DNA from: Camelus ferus
Lineage: Eukaryota
NCBI RefSeq assembly: GCF_009834535.1
Contig: NC_045696.1
Span: 81,346,001 to 81,410,000 of the forward strand
DNA length: 64,000 nt
Direction: 5' to 3'
A program made the translations under genes and the position numbers. The notes under the pieces are model-generated. The model was not told where the DNA came from, searched no databases, and saw only the letters and a list, made by a program, of their open reading frames with translations. Below are positions 13,234-25,139 of the stretch, piece by piece (position 1 is the stretch's first letter; every line of letters begins with the position of its first letter).

Positions 13234-14189
13234 GTAAGTAAGCGGCGTGTACAGCCAGGCCCTGTTGGCTGGGATCTTGGCCGTAATGAGTTTTTCCAGT
13301 AGAAGTAGAGTTAAACTAGTGCTATCAAGTTGGAAAAGAATTACTCATGAGACACACATCCTTTGTTTTGGGAAGAACCATAACATTATTTCCATAGAGA
13401 ATTGGCAAGGCACCTTAATCCATTTGTGGCTCTTTTTGTAAGTAACAATAGGAAGTAGAAAATCCTTTTCCTTATTGGAACGCAACTGAGTCTGTGGCAT
13501 GAGGATTTTTAGTGACTTCGCCGTGGAAGATGTGATTGAAGATAACGAATTCTAGGTAGGATCATTCCTGTCCATCCCTAGACCCTGAAACTGATCATTA
13601 GTATTGTCACCAACATTCCATGATCTTTTGTGATACCGGCGAACGCACAGTTGGTCCCAGACTTGTGGTTGTGTTTCAGTTACAGGATGAGTGGTCATTT
13701 ATATTTCTTTTGCAAATATTTCCAAAGTCATGGTCCTTACTTTGTTCAACGGCTAGACTAAGGAAGGGTTTTTGGAAACTTGACTCTGTGATAAGCTATT
13801 TTTTAAAATCTAATTAAAAATCATTTGGATCGTAGAGAAAAAACGGTTGATCATGAAATGAGTAAGGCACACAACAAAATAACTCCAGCCAAGATCAACA
13901 ACCCTTCCAGGGAGTCAGTGTGTCAACTCATGTGCTCAACACCCTGCTTTTCAGTTCTGTCATTAATGTGGCACCTAGTGATTTCCTTTATTTTCTTGTG
14001 AGCATAACTCGTCATTTAGAAGGGTGTTTTATATTACTTTGTATTTTGTTCTAGTATCTTCAGGTATTTATTGCTAGAGCTTATTTCAAGTTATCTAGAC
14101 TACTATATTACCAGAACCAGATTTCTTATATAAGATTTTATTTTTATAAGTTTTTCTTTTTTGTTTTCTATTCTATCTGACACATAGAA

Positions 14190-14345
14190 ATATATACAAA
14201 ATGCTTAAAATTATGTTGTCCTAATGTTAATAATGGTTGTTTATGGAAAGTAGAAGCTACAAGGTTTTAAAAAATTTTTGTACTCTTATGTATTGTTTAA
14301 ATCCTTTATAACGGTCATTTACTAGTTTTACAAAACTAATAACTT
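14190..14345 (+). mobile_element. Old L1 (L1ME-like) 3' end fragment
   Basis: aatgttaataatggttgtttatgg...tttttgtactcttatgtattgtttaaatcctttataacggtcatttactagttttacaaa. Confidence 0.5.
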
Positions 14346-14470
14346 TTTTCTTTTAAAACTTAAAAACTAAATCTGCAGAGAAAATCGTTTGTTTCATCGT
14401 AAAGAACACTTTTGATCATCTTCCCTTAGAGTCTGTAAGTGCGATTTGTATTTACCTGTGTCTGTACCAG

Positions 14471-15694
14471 AGGCCCCTTTCACCGAGGTCAGTATTCAGT
14501 TTTGTGATCCTGCTCCCAGGTATAGCACCGGCCCCTAATAACCCGCCTGTTCTTCCAGCTAAGCAGAATCTCTATGCTGTTAAACAGCAGCTGACCTGCT
14601 TCCTGGCTGGCAGAGATGTGCCGCCTTCCTCCACTGCTAAACCATTTTCTAGCCATGCCAAGCTGAAGCCCTCAGCTAAGCCAGACTCACAGCTCCTCAT
14701 CGTGGCAGGTGTTCAGAAGGCTGAAAACCTAGCCTCTACTAAGCTAATGCCAGTAGCACCTGCAGAAATGAATGATTCCAGATCAAGACTCCTGATTGAG
14801 CATCACTCACGGAAGAAAGATGGACCAGTTTGTCCTATTAGACTTGATCTTGAACATCAACTGAAGCCTCAGGAAGCCTCAAGGACCACAGTGAGATCAA
14901 TAAAGCAATCTCACTCCCAAGGATGTAGCCCCAGTCGAGAGTTAAGATCTCAGGTCATCTGTGTGTCATCTCTCAACATCTCCAAAGTGATGAGCCCCCA
15001 GCTGTCCATTACTGCAAGTAAGGAGGGCCCGAGAGATTCATGTGGACTTCGGGGCAGGCAGGGTGTGAATTCATGCATTCATGCAAGCACCTCGACTCCT
15101 CTGAGAAGTGCTGCATTGTTGAATGACCTCATCTGGGTGTGTGACCACCTGGCTTTCAGCGCTCCCAGCCCAAGCATGAATTTAGAGCAGAGACACCTAC
15201 AGATCACATTGGAGAAGACTGTGATGTCTTGCAAAGCATCGCAGAATTTCTTCTGTCCCCCGTGCAGCTCCCTCAGGCACAAATGTACCAGAAAGGAGTT
15301 GGAACTTACTTCCTTCCACCTCTACCCAGCAAGTTCTAATTTGAACTTAAACGTTTTGACATCATTGTTTTCTAGTCACTATTTGTCCTCATCATTAAAT
15401 TTCCTGGCCTATCCCCTCTGTTCAGAACTAATTCACAGTTCCCCAGCTTTTAGAAGCTGTGGCATTCCTGGGGACAAATCTTCACAGATGTCATCAAGGC
15501 AGTTTTCTAGACCTCCTAATTCCCCTATGCTTCCCAGACAGGCTTCTAGCAGTAAAGGAAACATAGCCGTTGGGTGTGCAAACAGCATGGCTGTGTCATC
15601 GAGCACCCCCAATGGGAGGTTCCCCAGCTGTCCTAAATCTGGGCCACCTCTGGTGGGTGACGTCTTCCAAGGTTCCTGGCTTTTTAGCAGCTAG
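14471..15694 (+). other. Candidate unannotated large alternative (possibly terminal) coding exon of TNIK, 407 codons plus TAG
   Basis: Frame open from 14357 to 15691; acceptor tttgtatttacctgtgtctgtaccag|AGG at 14470/14471 is phase 0 like the upstream exon donor; AATAAA at 15992 and 16240; no transcript evidence available. Confidence 0.45.
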
Positions 15695-17840
15695 TGCTCT
15701 TTGGGCTTCGTGTACTTCTAAACAGGTAGAAACATTTTTTTAGGACTTCATACTTAATCCTATCCTCCATGGTGTGGTTAACATAATCTAACTTCCAGCT
15801 AACCACCTATCTATTCATGGAACAGTTCCCAAGTCTTTGAGTGGGTGTTCATATTTTAAAAGATGAAACATTTAGATGATAGAATGAGTGACAGTGCTAA
15901 ATTGGAGACTGGAGCAACTGGTATACAAATAAGAGCAAATAACTGCCTTAATTTAATTCATCATTTTTTTACACCCACTTCTTAAAATGGAAATAAAAAG
16001 GAGTGTGAGGATCCTTACCTTCTTGATCTTTCAATGCTTCTGATCAGCAATGTATGAACTTTTCTTCTAGAGCTTTATTTGCAGTTTTCTTTTCTTATAA
16101 TAGAGAGGTGGGTAGGGCTGAAAGTAGCAAACAGTAAAATACATTTCAAGACTCGAGGTATGGACAGAATTTCTAGCTCAGCGGTATCTCAATTATCAAC
16201 TGATAAAAGAACCTGGGTTAACCTCTCTTTTGGAGGTGGAATAAAAGCGACCATTGTCATTTTCAAATGCATCTTCTGCCAGGGTATATATGTGAAATAC
16301 CTTCACCACGGAAGAGTGGGCAGAGCTATGCCTGGTCTCCTGTGATAGAGGGTCTGGGCTTTTTGCCCCACGTGCCATTGAAGACACCACCCTGCTGTCT
16401 TCCACCCACAGCAGCCTCTTCTGTATTCTGCTACAGTGTTTGTTTTCTAACTCAGCTCTATACCTTTCATCAGGATGCTTTTTCCTGCTTTGATTATTTT
16501 TCCATCCACTTATTTCTCCTCCTTATTGCAAATCAGCATTTTTTCATTAGCAATGGAATATCATCATAAGGTTTCATCTCCCTGGTTTTTGTCGCTTCAC
16601 TTTGTAAAACATAAGTCATCATCACATTTCTCAATACCTTTCTTATTAATTTGTCGGATGCAGTAAGAACAAATGAAAATCCGCGATTATTTTGGCAGAT
16701 CTTGTTGAGCTCTTCTCCCTCCCCTTTTACTCAGTATTCTAGTTGTCTTAAAAGGCACATTGACTTTGATTCTCAGATGTCAACCAGAAAGGAAAAATTA
16801 ATGCCTCTATTCAAAGGAGGAGTTGGGGGCATGCTCACTCCTTTTGAATGCTCTACCATCTCTGGATTGGAATGGAAGTCAGATTTGTTCTGTGAAAACA
16901 TCAATATGACATCTGTTAAACATCGGCAAAATTTGAAGTTCCCAACACACACACTGGCACTTTTATAAAGATGGATATCCCTTTTTTTTTTTTTAATAAT
17001 GCCCTTCTTTATAATGGTGCAAATTCCTGTTGCTTAAATGACATGTGATTGTCTGGGCCTGGCAATAATTTTTTAAAAAACGTTTACCCCCATGCTGCAG
17101 TGACAGAATGCTCTGTCTACAAGAGTACTGCGTGAGACTGTATTTTAATTTTTTTTAACACTCCATCATGATCCTTCTTGGTGATGCATGCCAGTCATCT
17201 GGCCATGGTTTTATTTGGCAAATAATGGGCCAAAATGTCTCTTTATATCCCATCAACCCATTGGACTTTGAAATCCCTCTACCTAAAAACTCCTTCTCCA
17301 CTTGTGTTCTCTGCTTTACATGTGTTGCTTTTTTTCGTTTTATATATGAGGTCGCAAATGACTATTTAGAGAGTTTACAGTTCTACTCCCATCTCTCTCC
17401 AGTTTCTGCTTCTCTCTCTTAAGATTTAGCATAAGAGAGACCTGGCAGGAAACGGGAAAGAGGTTGTTTGAGTTCCAGTCATTCCACTTCCTGTGGCTGT
17501 GTGCCCTGGTTAGTCTGGTCACCATGATGAAGTGCAGCCTCCCCATCGGTGCTTCCTGTCTCAGAGTTGGGAGGATTGTGGGCAACCACGTATATGAAGG
17601 TGCCATGGAAACCGTAGGCACTGAACAAATGCGTACGAACTATGATACTCAATGTATTTCCGTTTTGCTCCCAGGGCCATGGTTGCCCGCAGGGATAAGT
17701 GTTCTGTCTCTGTTGTGTCTGGCTTGGATTTCACATGAGCAGTTCACGTGCATTCCCATCTCCTCCGCTTCCCTCTCCCTGGTGAGAGCTGCACACTGTC
17801 ATTTCCCATCTCAACTTGCTAAAGATTTGCCTCATTCCTT

Positions 17841-17968
17841 TGGGGGGGGGGGCACTAATTAGGTTTTACTTATTTATTCATTTTTAGAGGAGGTTCTGGG
17901 GATTGAACCCAGGACCTTGTGGATGCTAAGCAAGCGCTCTACCACTTAAGCTATACCCTCCCACACCC
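17841..17968 (-). mobile_element. Camelid tRNA-derived SINE (Vic-1-like)
   Basis: Reverse strand gggagggtatagcttaagtggtagagcgcttgcttagcatccacaaggtcctgggttcaatccccag (Pol III A/B boxes); TSD tttgcctcatt(c/a)ctt at 17826 and 17989. Confidence 0.85.
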
Positions 17969-20900
17969 TTTTTTTTTTTTTTTTTTTTTTTGCCTCATTA
18001 CTTTTAAGTTATGTGCTCCATTCACCTGAAGAGCTATACTCTTCTGTGGAATCATTGGTTAAGAGTATCTTAGGAAAGTGGTCCAGACCCATCTCCTTAG
18101 GCAAGACTGCATTATAAGCATTCTCTATGAATGAGAGTCTCCCGTCCTCAGAGGTGCCCCGGAGAAGGGACAGCCCCAGTCTTGCCCAGTGGTTTTGCCA
18201 AAAGACAGCATGACTCAACTCTTTATGCGACCAGTGAGTGCAGGGTCAGAGTACCTAATGAGGACTTAAAGGTTGTTTGTTGACTTCTTTCTCTTCCTCC
18301 AGCATTGCTAGTAAAGACATATAATCAAACTGTTTTGTTCAGTTGGGAAAAAAAAAAGAGAGAGAAAGTAATTTCCCATATGGTTGTATTCCATCCACCA
18401 CATACTGGCTCTTAAGTACGGCTTTCTAAGACCTGGAGAAACTCCATGGACCCTACAATCATAGAAAGTATTATTAAAATGCACCCATATGACACAGTAA
18501 ATATATTTTTGTTGTCAACATTTTAAACATTACTTCTGTAATTTTGTTTTGAAATTTTCTCTTAGCAGATATTCATTATTGCTAAGGGAGACATTGGAAG
18601 CTATGAATTATTTTCAAATGTACAAAACAATTTAATAATTGACACTGATAGAATGTTTACACATATATGTGTTTCAATGTATTTTTATTTATTTTGAAAA
18701 TTTATTTTGAAATCTTGCAATCAACACACTTATTGTCAGGCCTTCTGTGTTTATGCAGCGTTTATATATCTCAAAGGCTTTAGACATCGCTCCCGTAGTT
18801 CCCAATAGACGACACAGCCCTGCCTGGAGCAGAATTTTATTTCTGAGACAACAGTTATTTTTTTCTTTCTCCCTGTAATGCTGTTATAAATAGTATAGCA
18901 TTTCTGCAGAGGGGATCCAAACCTCTCCGAAGTTACTTTAGTTTTGATATTAAAATAAACCTTTCAAGGGGAAAAAAAAAACGGATTTTACAGTAAAATT
19001 AATCAGACTCTCCTAAGATTGTTCTCTGTACTCACTGATAATCTCATCAAGTATGCGATCCTTTGTAATACATATCTTTTGTTGTCATGGTCTGGCACCT
19101 TGCCACTATGTCTGATGCTACTAGCACAGTCTTTTCTGGTGGTTTTTCTGCTATTTTACGTTTTCTTGGCAGCAGGAGGTTGGGGCAGAGGCTTAGCTAA
19201 TAGTTTTTTTTTTTTTTTTTTTTTAGTTTCATGAAAGACAGATTGAAACATATCTTGATTGTAACCCAGTTTTCAACCTTATATATTCTTAAGTTGGGAG
19301 AGGAAAAAAAAACACTTTCTTTTTTGCTCACTCACTATTCAACTTGTAGACATAAGATGTGGTGGGTCAGGAGGCAGGCATTTTCCCAATATCACAATAA
19401 CCAGAAGGGCCTGCTCCTGGACATGCTACACAGCTTCCCCCCCATCTGTCTGAAACTGTCATTAGGATATTTGATTTGATGTCTTTGCTCCAATACTCAT
19501 GCTATTCTTTTGGTGTAAAAGCAACAGGCAGTAATATCATCCTAAAGACTTTGAGAAAAGATTTTCTTAAGATAGAGTAGCCTGATTCCTCACTGTTACA
19601 CTTGTCACATAGGTTTTCAAATTTCTTCAAGCAACTCCAACCCAGGAAATTTCACCACATTGGACTCAGCTGGAAATAATCTTCAGAATGAAACAATAGA
19701 TTATTTACATCCTATATTTTAGAATGGTACAAACTGAAACGTACTAATGGTAGGATTTAGTGTGTTAACTAACTGATAGAAGGCATAGGAAATGTTACCA
19801 GAAGTACATTATATCTCAATGACTAATTAAACTCATTTACTGCCCGTGGAAAGCAGCACCCCCCTTTGTGCCCTGTGCATTTCTAACGACAGCTTTAGGG
19901 CCATGTGGCCCGTGGTCCCATTAGAGGCAAGGATGCTTCCTTTACTTGAGCCTTGTTGCTGGCAGTTGCCAAAAGAATTCTTTACCTCAAAAATGGTTTC
20001 TTTGTTCAAAATGTAGTCTTAGGGAACAGATTTTTTTAACTATTATTTTTAATGTACTGTCTCTGAATGTGGGTTAAAACAGTCTGAGGAGGTTTTACAG
20101 CTAAAAAAAAATAATGACAAGTACTCTTCAGTCTCTTACAATATTTGGTTCTTAAATGTCGATTAATAAGTGGCTGTAGTTTGGATAGCCAAGTAATAAT
20201 CCGAAAACGAGTTTGAACCTCTTAGATTCCTAACCTCAGACAGCAATGGTTTGGTTGGTGAGTGTTCAGGTAGTGAGGGTGCTCATACGTGTGATTTATC
20301 TATTAATGATCTAAGAAAACAGCTATTATTTGACTCACTTCAGTGGTCTGGAAATAGGCACCTTCTTTTCAGAGAGTCTAGTATTTGGAAAAGCAATACG
20401 TTACGTGCCTTGGTGTCAGTTTATATAGGGCTGTCTTTGCAGAACGTTTTCTTCTTTGTGGTCTTACCTCAAAGCTGGCTTGTTTTTTCCCCTTTTGCTC
20501 AATGCGCTAGCCAAATGATCATTGCTGGTGTAATACTTTGCACACAAACATGCACAAAGTATACATGTTCTGGTTTCTATTCCTGGCTTTTTGCAGCAAA
20601 TCTTATTTGGTATGTGGTAAGCTTCTGGGATGTGGAATTTTAAAACCAAAGTCAACTGGATGCCAATTGGGTGTACCCTGCACAGCCATGGTGGGAGAAG
20701 AGGTGTTCAGAGCAACCCTAAGTAGAGGCAGAAGGGTGGTTTTCTATCCTGTAGGACATCTTAACACCTTAGCATGTTTGTGGTTAATATGAGAGCTTAA
20801 AAAAACAGACTATGTGAGACTGAGTCTGCCTCCAAAAAGAGTCAAAATGGGATGGGGGGAGGGTGGGAGAGAATAGCTCTTTTGAATTTGTATTTCAAAT

Positions 20901-22137
20901 CAGGCAGTAAAAGGAATGAAGACTCTTAGCTGCTACATACAAATGTGTCTTGAGGACCTTCCTGTGAGTTCCTTGACAGACTCTTGCAACACACGTAGCA
21001 AGTCTACAGAAGAGAGTTAAGGGACATCGGGGTGGGGCGCCTTGCCCTGGTCGGTGTGGAAATTACAGCTGTCAAATTGACCCTAAAGAAGTAAAGGACA
21101 GGATAAGATGGATCTGGAAGAAAAGTGCTAGACCTCTTGAGGTTGTTGAAGATTGTAAATCAGGTCTTACAGGGTACATTTTGTTTATCTAAATTTTCCT
21201 TTAATTTTTCCTGTGCCGCAGTCTGCCTGCTGCAACTGAGGGTAACTTCTACCTGTAAAGAGGGCCTTCCCTCGTCCTGGGAGCCTTCCCTGGGAAGCAC
21301 TCTGATCAGTTATCCCCTCTGGGCTGAGAGAGACTCTGCAAGAAAGGAAAGGACAAGGACATGAACCGTCCAGAGAGGAGAGAGGGTTGGAGGACGGAGA
21401 GGAGGAGACACAAGAATGAAGGCTGAGTGTGGAGAAGCGGGGGGAAGAGGAGATGGTGGGGCCGGGAAGCCCAGGCTGGAAGTGGAAGGAATGCAGTGTA
21501 GAGAGCAGGGAGAGACAACTGAAGAGAAAAGGCCCTTAAGAGAGAAAAAGAAAATGACCCAGGAAATCTATTTAAGTCAGGCCATGCTCATTAATTGAGA
21601 CACCCACTTGCCCACCAGGAGAGCATGTGACGAAGTGGAGGCGGTGCACTCAGCCTCATCCTCTTGTTAGCCCTCCCGGGTGGCCCCCCCTTTCCCATGA
21701 GTCAACTCAAGGCAGTTTTCTGTTTCCCCCCAGCAGTCGTGGTGCCCCCATAGTTGCCTCGCTCCCTCCCTGGTCCCGGCTTTGTGACCATCCGGCAGGA
21801 CGGTACTCCCACTGACGCAAGATACACTCATAGGCAGGTCCCAAATTCCCAGCCAGCAAAAGAGCACAAGATAATGGGTGATGGAAGGGTGATGTCTTAA
21901 GTGTTCTGTGTGTTTTTCATGCCTGTATTTACTCTGACAAAAAAAAAAAAAAAAAGCTTTTTTGCAAATTCTCGATGCAGAGCAGACATGGGAAGTTTGG
22001 GGTTTATTTTTAATGAATTGATCAGGGGGACACAAAATGGCTGTGCAGCTGACTACACCAAATCCTTACAAGGAAGTAAATCGGCTTCTGTCTGGTGAGC
22101 ATCGAGGCATTCTTTTTTTTTTCTTTTTTGCTTCTAG

Positions 22138-22302
22138 GTAGAAGAACGATCAAGGCTCAACCGGCAGAGTTCACCTGCCATGCCGCACAAGGTTGCCAAC
22201 AGGATATCGGACCCCAACCTGCCCCCGAGGTCGGAGTCCTTCAGCATCAGTGGGGTTCAGCCTGCTCGGACACCCCCCATGCTCAGACCAGTCGATCCCC
22301 AG
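22138..22302 (+). CDS. TNIK: TNIK cassette exon (~exon 16), 165 nt / 55 aa, proline-rich, phase 0/0
   Basis: ttctag|GTAGAA...CCCCAG|gtacat; VEERSRLNRQSSPAMPHKVANRISDPNLPPRSESFSISGVQPARTPPMLRPVDPQ. Confidence 0.97.
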
Positions 22303-22743
22303 GTACATTCTCCCTCCCTTCCACTGGGTTTTTCAACAGGATGTGCAGTTACCTAATAAAACCTAATAAAAGTCCAGGGAATTGTAACATGGATTCAGGC
22401 AAAGGACCAGCCAAAGGATGGCTTTTAATACAGAATCTCTAGTTAATACAGGAGGCCCCACTGAATGTGAAGGATAAAGGGAGGATGAGAAAGAAAAAAG
22501 CACCATCCTTAGCTTTGAGCCACCCACAAAATCAGTTCTTGGTAAACTTGCTTCTCTGGAGACCCATAGGAGTTCCTGCCAGGTCAGAACAAACGTCCTT
22601 TTAGTTAAAATTACTAAAACTAAAATTTGTATAGACCTTTGATATACACAGATTATCATCTTTTGTTCCCTGGGATTTTGGCAAGAGCCTGAAACTGGAA
22701 AAAATGAAATGGACTGGGTTAAGTGAAATGGCGTCTTGTAAGC

Positions 22744-22930
22744 CAGTGGTTTTCAAAGTGTGGTCACCTGGCAGCAGCACTAGCATCACCCAGAAACCTG
22801 GTGGAAATGCAGATTCTCAGGCCCATCCCAGATCTGCGGGTCAGCAACTCTAGGGGTGGGGCAGCCTGGCGGTCTGTGACTTAACAGCTTTCAGGTGATT
22901 CTGATGTGCTTTAAAGTTTGAGAACCACTG
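22744..22930. mobile_element. MER5A hAT-Charlie MITE
   Basis: TIRs cagtggttttcaaa / tttgagaaccactg; internal gaaatgcagattctcaggcc; 8-bp TSD ttgtaagc / ttttaagc. Confidence 0.85.
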
Positions 22931-24899
22931 TTTTAAGCTATTTGAAGAAGAAAAGAAGATTTCTCCACTTTTACATAAGGAGGACGTTTCTAGAGGTTTT
23001 AGAGGATCTTTAAAATTTTGCATACCAAAAATGAAATATGAATTGAAATGAAGTATGAAATTTCATGAAAAATAAAGATAATGCAGCTGTTTTCACCCAG
23101 ATGCCTTAAATTTCTGCCAGGCATCCACCTGTGTTACTAGTTCCACAAAATATTTTGAGGTCACTTTTGATTTCAGAATGCTGTTTGAATTTCAGAGTAG
23201 TGATACAATTGAGGATTCTTGGGTTTCAGTTTGTCTTTAGATTATGAGGTCCAAGATTCTTCAGCACTAGACAGCTTAGCATGTCTTTCCCTTGGTTGGT
23301 TTTATCTGTATACAATTAGTCCAGACCTAACCATCCATGGGGTACATTTTTATAGAAACTTCTCTTTTAACATACAAATCTCCTCTTTTAAAACCCCTAA
23401 CTTTGACCTTTTTGGGTACTTTTGCCCTATAAAAAAGGGAAAACTTGTGAAACTTTATGAAGGGATTAAGAAGTGAAGATGTAGATAGCCTGGTGGCAGC
23501 TAATCGGATTAAGCATTCTTCAAGTGCTTCCATTTTTTATTTTTATTTTGGGGGCTCTTGTAAAGTAGGTTTGTTTTTTGTCCTACATATTTTTAAAATA
23601 AGCTTTGTTTAATGCATTTAATTATATTTAACACTGGTGTAAATTCAATTGGTTACAGTCCTATTCTGGCTGAAGGGGATCATTGAGCCAAATTGGACTT
23701 TGAGAATTTTTTCTGAACTACAATTAATAACATTCCAGATTTCAAACCTAAGCAGGTCTGAAGAGGCTGGGGCAGGGCTGCTCCAGGGGTTAGACCTCAA
23801 GGGCAACAGGAACTGGACCAGGCTGGTAGAAGAGGCTGTGGAAATGCCCCCTGCAGTCTGGGCGCTGAGATTTCAGTCCAAAGAGGGTCTGGTAGGTCCC
23901 TTGCACAAAGCAGATACTAGGTTAATGTTTGTTGAATTAAGTTTCATTTAGAAAGTACCCAGCCAAAACTGACTGGCCACTTTCCACATGGCAGGCACAG
24001 TGCTAGACTCAGAGATAAGAGATCAGACATGGCTCGTGTCTCCAGGGAGCTTACCTTGGTGATGGAGGAGGAGACAGGCTTACATAAGCACAGACAATAA
24101 AGTGTAAGCAGTGCTAATGGGACAGGGTCCCCCAAACTCTAGATTTTAATGATTTGTCTTAAAGAGCCACATTCTTACCCAAAGACTGCGTGTCTTCCCT
24201 GCATAAATAGCATCAACATATGCCAAATTGTGAGGCTTACAACTCTGAAAGAAACGTCCAGGTGTCAAGAGATATATGATCTCCTAACAGGTGAAAACCA
24301 GGTCCCCAGAAAGCAGGGCAGTGTAGTTGCTAGATGTGTGGGCGTGGGGTATGTGTAGGTTACAATCTGGAAACAGCACGTTTAGCTGTGAAATCTAGTT
24401 TGTTACTTAACCTCTCTCTACTGTACATTCTCATGTGTAAAATGAGAAAAATAATTGTGTCTGTCTCATGGTGGATTTAGTGAGTTCATAAGAAGTAAGA
24501 TATTCAGAGCAATTCTTGTTTCATGGAGCACTCTCTAAAGTCAACGTTAGGAAGTTTAAAGGAGGAAGTTTGTAACGTTAGAAGAGAAGTGCTTGTAAAT
24601 AGATTGTTTGGCTGGTCAGTAAATCTTCACAAAAAATGTTATTGTTATTATCATCACACTTACTTCACCAACTCCTCAGCAGTCCCAAGTCCATCGTTTA
24701 ACTCTTTGCTAGGAACCCAGGTTCAGCCCTACAGCTCTAAATGGGAAATTCGGGAGCGCTTTTAAAAGGATGCTATAGAAGCTGTGGTGGGCTCTTGTGC
24801 TCCAGTTCTTTCTCCCCCAAATTTTATCTTCCCTTCCGCCGAGTAAGGTCCTAGCTGATCTGCTCAGTAACGCTGCTGTCATGCTGGTTTGCTGCTTAG

Positions 24900-25139
24900 A
24901 TCCCACATCTGGTAGCTGTGAAATCCCAGGGACCTGCCTTGACCGCCTCCCAGTCGGTGCACGAGCAGCCCACGAAGGGCCTCTCTGGGTTTCAGGAGGC
25001 TCTGAGCGTGACCTCTCACCGCGTTGAGATGCCGCGCCAGAACTCGGATCCCACCTCTGAAAACCCTCCTCTCCCCACTCGCATTGAGAAGTTTGACCGA
25101 AGCTCTTGGTTACGACAGGAAGAAGACATTCCACCAAAG
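24900..25139 (+). CDS. TNIK: TNIK coding exon (~exon 17), 240 nt, phase 0/0
   Basis: gcttag|ATCCCA...CCAAAG|gtaatg; IPHLVAVKSQGPALTASQSVHEQPTKG...SENPPLPTRIEKFDRSSWLRQEEDIPPK. Confidence 0.97.

Noticed and set aside
17890..17962. tRNA-like sequence (also at 36650-36720)
   Set aside because: SINE heads with A-rich tails and TSDs, not tRNA genes
21715..21830. Strong-looking acceptor ttttctgtttccccccagcag near AP-1 (21698) and CRE-like motifs
   Set aside because: Phase-0 reading stops within about 17 codons and no convincing donor follows; single motifs are expected by chance
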